From positions 13,508 to 77,507 of the forward strand of contig JACPKW010000001.1 of assembly GCA_016186825.1 (NCBI GenBank): 64,000 nucleotides of DNA, in the 5' to 3' direction. Position numbers and translations under genes: made by a program. Below are positions 19,545-28,199 of this stretch, piece after piece. This stretch comes from Candidatus Giovannonibacteria bacterium (GTDB lineage: Bacteria > Patescibacteriota > Minisyncoccia > JACPKW01 > UBA11713). Each line of letters begins with the position of its first letter. Within the stretch, counting starts at the first letter, position 1. Under the pieces are notes generated by a model, which did not search any database, was not told the DNA's origin, and saw only the letters and a program-made list of their open reading frames with translations.

Positions 19545-19573
19545 AGCATAATTATTCGCAAATATAATGTCAA
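19545..19573 (-). promoter_or_regulatory. Sigma70-like promoter TTGACA-N17-TATGCT for the riboswitch transcript
   Basis: Spacing and position just upstream of the riboswitch. Confidence 0.6.
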
Positions 19574-19628
19574 ACAAAAAACGATCCCGAGACGATACTC
19601 TCAACCTCTTAACTTCAAAGGTCAAATT

Positions 19629-20108
19629 TTAATTATTTACTTTTTTTGATAAAAACAGTTGCGCACTGGATAGTATCAAACTAAAAAAGAGACTGAGAAT
19701 ACTTATCGCAAATCCCATTGCCCAATCCGGAAAACGATACAAAAAATCAAAAGTTCCGAAAGGCATCCAGGTCATAAAACCTATTAAATGATTAAATGCG
19801 CTCGTATTTAGCAATAGCAACGCAAAAAAGCTTCCATAAGCGTTTACAATGAATGCGGCCGAAAATATCGCGAATACCCAGATCGGAATTTCGATAAAAC
19901 GCAGAGCGCCCATCGCTTCCGACCATATGCGTGCAATGTAATTTGCTTCCATGCCCCAATCGCCCTGCACATTTACATTAGTAATATAGAAATCGAGAGA
20001 CATAGCAGCCAAAAAGAAAATATATGAAAAAATGAAATTCCAGCTGATTCTTTGACTTGTGATTTTATTATACAAATCCTGAAAGTCTTTAGAGAATTTT
20101 CTTTTCAC
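19629..20108 (-). CDS. Hypothetical membrane protein
   Basis: 4 TM; DFYIT..EAN motif. Confidence 0.6.
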   Translation of the reverse strand: MKRKFSKDFQDLYNKITSQRISWNFIFSYIFFLAAMSLDFYITNVNVQGDWGMEANYIARIWSEAMGALRFIEIPIWVFAIFSAAFIVNAYGSFFALLLLNTSAFNHLIGFMTWMPFGTFDFLYRFPDWAMGFAISILSLFFSLILSSAQLFLSKKVNN

Positions 20109-20137
20109 CTTAAAATCGCTCCTGATATATTACTAAA

Positions 20138-20728
20138 TTATTTCTTGCGAACTTCCAGCCAATCCGGAACAGGAATAAAAGTAATTTCATTCCAAGCATC
20201 AATTTCTTCTTCTGAAACATTGTAATATGCCTGATAAGCAGTCTCTACACTGCCATGAATAGCATCAGTCCACTCAAGATTTAATTTCTTTGCAATTTCC
20301 TTCAGCGACATTTCATTTTTAGCTTCCAACTCCACGAATGTCGGTATCCACGGCCAAGTATCAATCGTAACCTCGACACCCTCAAAATCCCATCTCTCGC
20401 GTTTTGTCTCCTGATACGACTTATTTTCTAAACCAATTGCCTTTAAAAAATTAGAAATTTTATCGAAGTCTTCAATAATTAATGAAATTTCTTTTGTTCC
20501 TTCCAGGGTTCTGTCAAATAATTGCTTATACGCCAGAGTCACTTTATCACCTTCATCCCTTACTCTTATCCAGCCCCCAATCTTCTCAAGTCTTCGATCT
20601 GGAAAATCAAAATTTTTTCTCCTCATTAACCGTTCCGAGTGAATTAAGACTGCTCCGCTTTTTTTGAGAATATTGCGAAGATCACGAGTGTTGATATTTA
20701 AAAATTTAGCTTCAATCTCAACTTCCAT
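20138..20728 (-). CDS. CYTH domain (class IV adenylate cyclase-like) protein
   Basis: EIEAKF, WIRVRDEG, YQETKRE, FVELE. Confidence 0.9.
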   Translation of the reverse strand: MEVEIEAKFLNINTRDLRNILKKSGAVLIHSERLMRRKNFDFPDRRLEKIGGWIRVRDEGDKVTLAYKQLFDRTLEGTKEISLIIEDFDKISNFLKAIGLENKSYQETKRERWDFEGVEVTIDTWPWIPTFVELEAKNEMSLKEIAKKLNLEWTDAIHGSVETAYQAYYNVSEEEIDAWNEITFIPVPDWLEVRKK

Positions 20729-20774
20729 AATTTTGCGCTCATTTTTAACTCAAGAATATTTCACAAAGCGAGCC

Positions 20775-20871
20775 ATGTGGAGTATTCTGAAAATAGTTCG
20801 AACGCATTTTGCTGCCTGTGGCCGCGAGGAAAGCCCCCCGCGAAATTCCGAAATCACGGCTCCGCTGCGCC
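20775..20871 (+). repeat. Arm X (core + X), inverted copy at 21892-21987
   Basis: ATGTGGAGTATTCTGAAAATAGTTCGAACGCATTTTGCTGCCTGTGGCCGCGAGG... matches rc of 21892-21987. Confidence 0.95.
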
Positions 20872-20951
20872 AATGACAATTTTCCGCAGGAGGCGGATCT
20901 GCCTCCGGCATGACAAGTTTTTTTAGCGGCATTGCTCTTTAAAAATCAAGA

Positions 20952-21812
20952 CTATTTAATCTCTATTTTCCCCTCACCTGATAATGGAATAACAATACTT
21001 ATCGATATGAGCTTCTTTTGCCCCGACATGAGCTCGTCGTGATATAAATTATTAGAGTTAGAATAGGTCTTCTTGGTTTTCTCTTCGGTATAAATGACTA
21101 GGACATCTAGATTTGCATTGTGTTTTGCTGAAACCTCTAGAGTATAAGTTCCTAGTAAAGGATTTAAAATCTCTACCGATTGAGATCCTGGGCTAAAACC
21201 TGCATTTGGTATTTCTTCTACCAAAACGCCATCCTTATGACCCGTACGTCGTCCAGACGGATCAATCACTACCACATCTGACACGAGGGAATCGAGAACA
21301 CTTATACTTAATCCGGTTTGACCAACATCAATTTTTGACTGCAACAAACTTAAACTGCGAATCGTTTTTACTTCGAAAATCTTGCCACCTCTTTTTAAAA
21401 GTAAAGTTACCTCTGTTCCAACGTCTCCTTTTATATGTTTAGTATATTCAGCAACCGTCAATTTGATATACTTTTTATCACTATCTATTACTGCTATGAT
21501 TTCATCACCAGCTTTTATACCACTTTTTTCTGCTGGAGAATTAGAAAGAACAGAATCCACAAAAACTCGGTTATTTTCTGAACTCCGTAATGCCACGCCA
21601 ATTCCTACCTCATTTTTTAATTCAGATTTATTTCCAGTTATTCTTTCATTCTGCTCTGATGGAGGCGGCTGTTGCGATGGCGAGGTATTTGTAGGTTTGA
21701 TTTTATCCTCAGACGCCATCTTTTTGTTCGAATAAAAATACCACGCCGTACTTGCGGTAATAATAACAATTAAAATTACAAAAGCTATATTTATAAATCC
21801 TCTTTGAATCAT
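20952..21812 (-). CDS. Membrane-anchored PDZ-domain protein
   Basis: QRGF+TM N-terminus, GIGV..SPAEKSGIKAGDEI PDZ motif. Confidence 0.8.
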   Translation of the reverse strand: MIQRGFINIAFVILIVIITASTAWYFYSNKKMASEDKIKPTNTSPSQQPPPSEQNERITGNKSELKNEVGIGVALRSSENNRVFVDSVLSNSPAEKSGIKAGDEIIAVIDSDKKYIKLTVAEYTKHIKGDVGTEVTLLLKRGGKIFEVKTIRSLSLLQSKIDVGQTGLSISVLDSLVSDVVVIDPSGRRTGHKDGVLVEEIPNAGFSPGSQSVEILNPLLGTYTLEVSAKHNANLDVLVIYTEEKTKKTYSNSNNLYHDELMSGQKKLISISIVIPLSGEGKIEIK

Positions 21813-21891
21813 ATGATTAAAAATTTTCTTTTCCCAAAATTAAAATGCAGTTCGAGCCGATATTTTTACAGGTTCTTTGGCAGTTTTTATC

Positions 21892-22071
21892 GGCGCGGCG
21901 AAGCCGCGATTTCGGAATTTCGCGGGGGGCTTCCTCGCGGCCACAGGCAGCAAAATGCGTTCGAACTATTTTCAGAATACTCCACATTTTAGAAAAACAA
22001 ATCCACAGGTTTTCCGCCGCCTTCGGCGGCGGCCAAATCGTATGGTTTTGGGGGCGAAAAAATCCGGCGGC
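21892..22071 (-). repeat. Composite Y-core-X junction (attP-like), inverted
   Basis: Minus strand reads arm Y + AAAATGTGGA + arm X. Confidence 0.9.
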
Positions 22072-22826
22072 TAGGTCTTTCTAAAGAAAACTGGAATAAT
22101 GCGGGGCGAATCTTCTTTTTTGAAATGGCTATCTAGATTGTAATCGCCATAGATCTCTAAATTCCATTCTACACCAAAATATTCTTTTAGCCTCTCAATC
22201 TCGACATACTGCCCATTTTCAGCGTCTTCGATAGTTTCGCTTTTTCCAGTTTTCTTATCAAAAATTTCATAAACAAATTTTGTCTTTTTCAAGTTGTCAT
22301 CAGTCAGCTCCCAATCTCGGATAACTTTCATTTTGTAATCGTCATTTTCTCCCAAATAAGTTTTATGAAATTTTTGATTATATCTATAAAAATTTGCTTC
22401 GTCTAAAATAACAATTTTCTTAATGTGTGTTTTCTGCCAATCGTAGAAGTTTCTTCTGCCTTCCTCCGAAAAAATATAGGATAAAGTTGACCACATACAA
22501 ATGGCGGCGTTGTATTCTTGATTTATATTTATGGTCTCAAACTGTCCATGAATGACTTTTAAATCGGGATAATTTTTCTTGGCGATCGAAAGTGCTTTTT
22601 CTGACTGGTCGAATAAAGTTACGTCATATCCAGCTTTTAGAAGTAATCCAGAATGAAGGCCAACGCCGCCGCCCAAATCAATTACTTTTTCTATTTTTTC
22701 GGAATATTTTTTGAAAATATCAATGACAAAATTTGTTTCCTCTCTTTCGTGTCCAACTTTTCCAAGAGTTGTTTCGCGCCACAAGGGAAATAATTCAGCC
22801 AAATTTTCATAAATTTTCGTTTTCAT
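22071..22826 (-). CDS. Class I SAM-dependent methyltransferase
   Basis: VIDLGGGVG, FDQSE. Confidence 0.88.
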   Translation of the reverse strand: MKTKIYENLAELFPLWRETTLGKVGHEREETNFVIDIFKKYSEKIEKVIDLGGGVGLHSGLLLKAGYDVTLFDQSEKALSIAKKNYPDLKVIHGQFETININQEYNAAICMWSTLSYIFSEEGRRNFYDWQKTHIKKIVILDEANFYRYNQKFHKTYLGENDDYKMKVIRDWELTDDNLKKTKFVYEIFDKKTGKSETIEDAENGQYVEIERLKEYFGVEWNLEIYGDYNLDSHFKKEDSPRIIPVFFRKT

Positions 22827-22831
22827 AAATT

Positions 22832-23845
22832 TCAGCCAATTTTTGTCAAAACCTCCAACAGCTTCTCTGTATATTGTTTTGATCCGATTGAAATACGCAT
22901 AAATTCTTCGGAAACAAATTTTGAAATCAAAAAATTCATTTTGTCTAATTCTTGTTCCAAAATAGGTTTTGCTGTTTTTTCTACTTTCACTAAAACAAAG
23001 TTTGCTTTTGAATCAAAGGCTTTAAAATTCTTAGATTTGTTGACCTCGGCAACAAAATTTTGCCTATCAGAAATAACCTCACTTGAAAGTTTTTCATAGT
23101 ATTCATCTGATTCAAGTGCGGCAATCGCAATTTCTTCTAAAAGTCGGCTACCGCCCAAGTAAAAATTTTGATAGCGTAAAATCTCTTTCACTTTTTTGCC
23201 GCACAATGCAAATCCAATTCGCAAACCAGCGAGCGCATAAAGTTTAGAAAAACTCCTTAAAATCATTAAATTATCATGTTTTTCCAGCAAAGCTATAAAA
23301 TCTTGCTGATTATATTTTTCGTCAAATCCAAAATAAGCTTCGTCCAAAACAACGAGAGTTGCTTTGTCGGCTTTATTCAATATCTTTTGCAAATCAGCAA
23401 GATTTGTTGAATTTCCTGTCGGATTGTTTGGCGAAGTGATTAAAACCAATTTTGGCTTTAATTCACCAACTTTTCTAAGGCAATCATCAATATCAAAAGT
23501 AAAATCGTTCTGATTTTCTATGAGTCTAAAATTTTCCAACTTTATCTTCTTAAAATCAAGATATTTGTCGTAATAAGTGTAATGAAATTCATGAGTGAGA
23601 ACAATATCATTATCTGGTTTCAAACTGTCAAAAATAGTTCTAAAAATATCTTCTAATCCATAACCAATAATGATTTGATCTTCCGGTAATTGGAAAATTT
23701 TAGACAATTTTGGAATTAAGGTCGAACCAAAATAGCCTTCAAAATACAAAGCTATATGTTCAGAGGAGAAATTTCTTGAAGTCTCCAAAACTTTTGGCGA
23801 TGGCCCTTGTATTACCTCATTTCGATTTAGTAGTTTTTTGTCCAT
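22832..23845 (-). CDS. PLP-dependent aminotransferase class I/II (HisC/CobD-like)
   Basis: SPNNPTG, DEAY, RSFSKLYALAGLRIG. Confidence 0.9.
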   Translation of the reverse strand: MDKKLLNRNEVIQGPSPKVLETSRNFSSEHIALYFEGYFGSTLIPKLSKIFQLPEDQIIIGYGLEDIFRTIFDSLKPDNDIVLTHEFHYTYYDKYLDFKKIKLENFRLIENQNDFTFDIDDCLRKVGELKPKLVLITSPNNPTGNSTNLADLQKILNKADKATLVVLDEAYFGFDEKYNQQDFIALLEKHDNLMILRSFSKLYALAGLRIGFALCGKKVKEILRYQNFYLGGSRLLEEIAIAALESDEYYEKLSSEVISDRQNFVAEVNKSKNFKAFDSKANFVLVKVEKTAKPILEQELDKMNFLISKFVSEEFMRISIGSKQYTEKLLEVLTKIG

Positions 23846-23847
23846 AA

Positions 23848-24069
23848 TTACTTCAGTAATTCATTAGCCGATACGCCCAGCGCATTAGCTATTTTAGCAA
23901 CTGTCGCAAGGGTGGGGTTTTTCTTCCCATTCTCAATATTGCTGATATAGCCCCTATCAACATCTAAAGCTCGCGCAATATCGCCTTGCGACATCTTCTT
24001 TTTAGCTCTAATGCGCTTCATGTTGTTTCCAAATTGTGCAGAGATTTTGTCCATATTTGAGATATTCAC
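23848..24069 (-). CDS. XRE-family HTH regulator
   Basis: MSQGDIARAL..YISNIENGKKNPTL. Confidence 0.9.
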   Translation of the reverse strand: MNISNMDKISAQFGNNMKRIRAKKKMSQGDIARALDVDRGYISNIENGKKNPTLATVAKIANALGVSANELLK

Positions 24070-24136
24070 ATTTTAACACTTTGTTATATTGTTGGACAAT
24101 GTTATACTAAAATACACTATGGTATTTTTTGATTTT

Positions 24137-24229
24137 GCCGCCGGATTTTTTCGCCCCCAAAACCATACGATTTGGCCGCCGCCGAAGGCGGCGGAAGGCC
24201 TGTGGATTTGTCTTTTTCTAAAATGTGGA
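24137..24229 (+). repeat. Arm Y + core, fused to tRNA-Ala 3' end
   Basis: GCCGCCGGATTTTTTCGCCCCCAAAACCATACG...AAAATGTGGA matches rc of 21981-22071. Confidence 0.95.
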
Positions 24230-24296
24230 CCCGGGGAGAATCGAACTCCCGCCTACCGGATGCAAACCGGTCGTTTTGCCACTTAACTACGGGCCC
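24226..24296 (-). tRNA. tRNA-Ala(TGC)
   Basis: GGGCCCG/CGGGTCC with G3:U70, anticodon arm ACCGG-TTTGCAT-CCGGT. Confidence 0.95.
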
Positions 24297-24356
24297 TAAC
24301 CTAATAAGATAAAAGTATAACCTATAATCACTTTTTTTTTAAGTCGCAATTTCTCC

Positions 24357-24404
24357 TCTTGGCGCCATCTTTGGGCGATCGTGAACAAATGACGCCAAGA
24401 TGGT
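24357..24404. repeat. Degenerate copy of palindrome family A
   Basis: CCATCTTTGGGCGATCG...CCAAGATGGTA with internal insertion. Confidence 0.65.
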
Positions 24405-24462
24405 AAATGCTAGTATGTAAATGAAAAACTCCCGACAACTCAAGCGGGAGCTTTTCTGAATA

Positions 24463-24747
24463 TCAGAATAATTTTATTTCGCCGTTCTCGTCAATTTTAA
24501 CTTCGAATTCTTCGAGACCAGTTTGGGCGGGGCCTTTCAGTAATTTTCCTGCCGCCTCAAAGCGTGAACCGTGGCATGGACAATCCCATGTCTTTTCGGC
24601 ATCATTCCATTCAACGTCACAGCGCGCGTGCGGGCAGATTGTCGAGAAGACTTTTATTTTTTCCCCGTCGTTATATATAGCTAAAAGTTTTCCATCTATT
24701 TTTACAATCTTCCCATCCCCCTCCGGAATTTCCGAAATTCGTGCCAT
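24463..24747 (-). CDS. Rieske [2Fe-2S] domain protein
   Basis: CPH...WDCPCHGSRF. Confidence 0.92.
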   Translation of the reverse strand: MARISEIPEGDGKIVKIDGKLLAIYNDGEKIKVFSTICPHARCDVEWNDAEKTWDCPCHGSRFEAAGKLLKGPAQTGLEEFEVKIDENGEIKLF

Positions 24748-24748
24748 G

Positions 24749-25216
24749 CTACTCTACCGTAACCGTTCCTCTTATGCTTGTATTCAAGTGATCGTGGAAT
24801 CCACAGCTATTCTTTTCATTGAATGTGAATGAATAAGTTTCGCCAGGATTGACGCCGCGAAGCGCATCAAATCCCGCGTAGCAAGTATGCGCTGGATGCG
24901 GCCCGGACGCCGGCCAGTGCGGCTTTGAATCTCTGTTCACGAAATTAATTTTCGTTCCCGCTGTTATGTTCACTGTTGACGGTGAAAATCCATTCGACAT
25001 CATTTCAACTGTCATTTCCTCGGACATCATCCCCGTTGTATTTCCAGTCATTCCGCTTGAATTCGTATTTCCAGCATTCTCGCTTGCGTTCGACTTATTA
25101 GATAAATCGGGCTGGCTCGAAATTCCCATGTTTTTCTGACTGGAGTTGGAATATAAATACCATCCTCCGGCAATAATAACAAAGACAACCAAAATGATAA
25201 CTAATATTTTATTCAT
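24749..25216 (-). CDS. Membrane-anchored cupredoxin-domain protein
   Basis: FSPSTVNITAG..HWPAS.PHP.H..FHDHLN..GTVTV. Confidence 0.85.
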   Translation of the reverse strand: MNKILVIILVVFVIIAGGWYLYSNSSQKNMGISSQPDLSNKSNASENAGNTNSSGMTGNTTGMMSEEMTVEMMSNGFSPSTVNITAGTKINFVNRDSKPHWPASGPHPAHTCYAGFDALRGVNPGETYSFTFNEKNSCGFHDHLNTSIRGTVTVE

Positions 25217-25276
25217 AACTTTTTAAGTTAATATTAATTTCCTCTTCAAACGCCTCGCGGTCCTCGACTCCGAGAC

Positions 25277-26059
25277 TCAAACTAAGGCGCGCCAATTTTC
25301 TTCGATAATTCGCATTATAAGATTACCCACAAGCAGCGACAACAATAAATAATCGACCTGCTTGGGGCCTTTGAACGCAAAAATTACCGCAAAGGCTCCC
25401 ACAATAATTCCATATAACACCCTGTTCCGGGTTGGGCGAAAAGATGACGTCATGGGTTCAATGAGCATTACGGTAACAAAAAATAAAACTGTCCCATCTA
25501 AAATGATGTTTCGGAATAAAAAAACCGTATTTTCGAAGCTAAATTTTTGGAAATAATTAGAAATCGCAAATAAACCCATATAAGTTAGCAAAAATGCAAT
25601 TGCCGTTTCAAATCGCCTCTGCCTCCACAGTATGAATATTCCACCCGCGAGCATAATCCAAGTTGTAAAGTATGCAAAATTGGCGCCCCACCAAGTGAGA
25701 ACAAATGGACTAAATAAGGAAAGAACGACAAGCGAAAAAGCTGCAGGGTTAAAAATATGTCGCCCATTGAATTTGATTATTTGCTTCGAAAAAACCGCCA
25801 AAAGGGGCAGCAATATAATAAAACGATAATCCTGCGCCAAAGGACCAACTAATGACAAGATTAGACCCGAGATAAGCGAGCTTTCTGGCATATACCAGAT
25901 GCGATCCCGAAAATAAGTCCAGATCAAATCGAAAAATGAATATAAAAGAACTATTGCAATAGCGTTCAAAAAAATCGCCGCATTGCCATGGAATATTGCG
26001 CCCAAAACCAAAAGCACTGCGAGATATAAAACCATGAAATGTTTAATATTGATTTTCAT
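25277..26059 (-). CDS. RnfD/NqrB-like membrane protein
   Basis: SKQII..HIFNPAAF, MLIEPMT. Confidence 0.75.
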   Translation of the reverse strand: MKINIKHFMVLYLAVLLVLGAIFHGNAAIFLNAIAIVLLYSFFDLIWTYFRDRIWYMPESSLISGLILSLVGPLAQDYRFIILLPLLAVFSKQIIKFNGRHIFNPAAFSLVVLSLFSPFVLTWWGANFAYFTTWIMLAGGIFILWRQRRFETAIAFLLTYMGLFAISNYFQKFSFENTVFLFRNIILDGTVLFFVTVMLIEPMTSSFRPTRNRVLYGIIVGAFAVIFAFKGPKQVDYLLLSLLVGNLIMRIIEENWRALV

Positions 26060-27129
26060 TAAAGCGGCCCTATTTTTTTAGCATGCGCTTCGATGCCAAG
26101 CGCAATTATTTTATCAAGAAAATCCGCGGGGTTCATCCCCACTTCCGCGGCCTGATGGAATACCATTGTTGAAGGAGTTATGCCCGGCAAAGTATTCGGT
26201 TCAAGCACAACAATTTCTCCGTCTTCTTTCACAAACATGTCAATTCTCGGATACCCGATTAAATTTAATTCATCGCATACTTTAATTGCGATTTCCTGCG
26301 CGCGCGCCGTTAACTCCAGAGAAAGCCTTGCAGGCGTGATCATTTCAGCTCCTCCGGGCAAAAATTTATCCTGCAGCGTTAGATATCCCAAATTTTTACT
26401 CCATGGCGTTTCTGTTATCGGGAGAGCAATTCGACTCGCGCGATTGCCTAATACAGAAATAGTAATTTCCATCCCCGTAATTTTTTCCTCGACTAAAATT
26501 CTCCGATCCCAGTGAAAAGCCGCCGAAAATGCCTGCGGGAGATCCTCTGCTTTCGCCACAATCCCAATCGCTGTTGAACACCCCTCGCGTGACGGCTTTA
26601 CAACAACCGGAAAGCCTAGATAGTCCTCAATACGCCTTGCCGCAATTTCCGGACGTTCGCGCCATTCATCTTCAAATAGAGCGAGGTGCTTTGGAGTTTT
26701 AATCCCCGCATTATCCAATATTTTTCTTTGAATATATTTTTCCGAACCAAGTGCGCTTCCTAAAATTCCGGGGCCGTTATAAGGAATTTTCTGAAGCTCG
26801 AGCAGTCCTTGCAGGCATCCATCCTCCATAAATTTTCCATGCCCGATAATAAATGCAAAATCAATCTGTGATTTCAACTCTTCATAAAAAATTCTCTCCC
26901 CTTTGGTTGCAAGCAGCCTTTCGATATCGGAAGTTGTATTTTGCAACAGCAAGAACTCCGGAATTTTCCAAATCCGATGTTTTGAGTCCATGAAAATAGC
27001 GAAAATATCATACTTGGATGTATCGATTTTCTGAAAAACATTGCGTCCGCCTTCGAGCGATACTTCTTTTTCAGAAGATGATCCGCCGAAAATTATCCCG
27101 ACTTTAACTTTTTTTGCCGCATCGGTCAT
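26059..27129 (-). CDS. ddl: D-Ala--D-X ligase (ATP-grasp) copy 1
   Basis: GGSSSEKEVSL, HGKFMEDG, KP..EGC, RID, EPNTLPG. Confidence 0.88.
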   Translation of the reverse strand: MTDAAKKVKVGIIFGGSSSEKEVSLEGGRNVFQKIDTSKYDIFAIFMDSKHRIWKIPEFLLLQNTTSDIERLLATKGERIFYEELKSQIDFAFIIGHGKFMEDGCLQGLLELQKIPYNGPGILGSALGSEKYIQRKILDNAGIKTPKHLALFEDEWRERPEIAARRIEDYLGFPVVVKPSREGCSTAIGIVAKAEDLPQAFSAAFHWDRRILVEEKITGMEITISVLGNRASRIALPITETPWSKNLGYLTLQDKFLPGGAEMITPARLSLELTARAQEIAIKVCDELNLIGYPRIDMFVKEDGEIVVLEPNTLPGITPSTMVFHQAAEVGMNPADFLDKIIALGIEAHAKKIGPL

Positions 27130-28196
27130 AGCGGTCCTTTTTTACCTTGATGCGCTTCCATGCCTAATTCGATGAGCTTCGTTATGAAATCTTTGGGACC
27201 AAGCCCCGCAAGCGATGCCTGATGAAAAGTCCAAGATGAAGGACCGAGACCTGTGGAAGCGCCGGAATTCGGATCCGTTATCAACACCTCGCCTGAATCC
27301 AAAACAAAGCCGTCTATCCGGGCAAAAGTTTTCGCCTCCAAGGCCTTATACGCGGCTATTGCTTGGCGCTGAATTTCCTTAATTACACTTTCATCAATTT
27401 CCATCGGCGTAACTTTCTCCGATCCGCCCGGCAAATACTTATGGTCATATGTAAAAATTTCGTCGTTATGTATAGTTTCTGTCGGCAAAAATGCGGCCGG
27501 TTCCTTGTTTCCCATTACAACGCAAGAAAACTCCCGCCCCATTAAATACTTTTCAATTAGCGCTGAAGGGTCAAAACGAAAAGCTTCAGCCATTGCGGGA
27601 TCAAAGTCTCCCTTAGCTTTAACAAGTTTCACTCCGAGAGTGGAACCCTCGCGCGAAGGTTTGGTGACAAGCGGGAAACCGAATTTTTTTTCTAGGCTCG
27701 AAGCAATTTCACTTTTCGAACGCTCCCAATCCTCTTTGTAAATAACTTCACCTTCTGGAATATTGATATTATCTGGCGAAAATTTTAAAAGTTTTCTCTG
27801 CATCGGCTTATCCATTCCGAGCGCCGCAGACAAAACACCAGATCCGCTGTAAGGAATACCGAGCAATTCGAGCAGACCCTGAATACATCCATCATCACCA
27901 TATTTGCCATGCGTTGTGAGCAAGGCAAATTCAATTTCTTTGGCAAGGCCTTCATATGAAATAGGGATCGCCGCTTTTGCCTCAAGATTTTCTTCGATTT
28001 CCTTGCATGTATTTCTGATTACAAGCGCTTCCGGAATTTTCCAGAATTTTGCTTCACGCGAAAAATATATCGCCACAGGCTCAAAAAATACTCGATCCAT
28101 GAGCTGATATGCCTGTCTGCCAGAAGCTAAAGAAACTTCCCGCTCTTCAGAAAGACCCCCAAAGATAACTCCAACTTTTAACTTGCTTTTCTCCAT
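27126..28196 (-). CDS. ddl: D-Ala--D-X ligase copy 2 (variant C-terminal motif)
   Basis: GGLSEEREVSL, HGKYGDDG, YDHKY, RID, DPNSG. Confidence 0.8.
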   Translation of the reverse strand: MEKSKLKVGVIFGGLSEEREVSLASGRQAYQLMDRVFFEPVAIYFSREAKFWKIPEALVIRNTCKEIEENLEAKAAIPISYEGLAKEIEFALLTTHGKYGDDGCIQGLLELLGIPYSGSGVLSAALGMDKPMQRKLLKFSPDNINIPEGEVIYKEDWERSKSEIASSLEKKFGFPLVTKPSREGSTLGVKLVKAKGDFDPAMAEAFRFDPSALIEKYLMGREFSCVVMGNKEPAAFLPTETIHNDEIFTYDHKYLPGGSEKVTPMEIDESVIKEIQRQAIAAYKALEAKTFARIDGFVLDSGEVLITDPNSGASTGLGPSSWTFHQASLAGLGPKDFITKLIELGMEAHQGKKGPL

Positions 28197-28199
28197 TGA

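Larger units (their letters stand above)
20775..24229. mobile_element. tRNA-Ala-anchored island with att-like arms and two cargo cassettes; no recombinase in the window
   Basis: Core ATGTGGA at 20775, 21981(rc) and 24223 (overlapping tRNA 3' end); ~90-bp arms repeated in inverted orientation. Confidence 0.7.

Noticed and set aside
20664-22084. Short ORFs across arms X and Y as real genes
   Set aside because: They are translations of the repeated arms; at most an integrase-tail remnant.
22832-23845. hisC or cobD as part of a biosynthetic pathway
   Set aside because: No pathway neighbours, and it sits in an accessory cassette; only a family-level call is supported.
20775-24229. DGR template/variable repeat pair
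   Set aside because: Copies are inverted and non-coding, mismatches are not adenine-specific, and there is no reverse transcriptase in the window.
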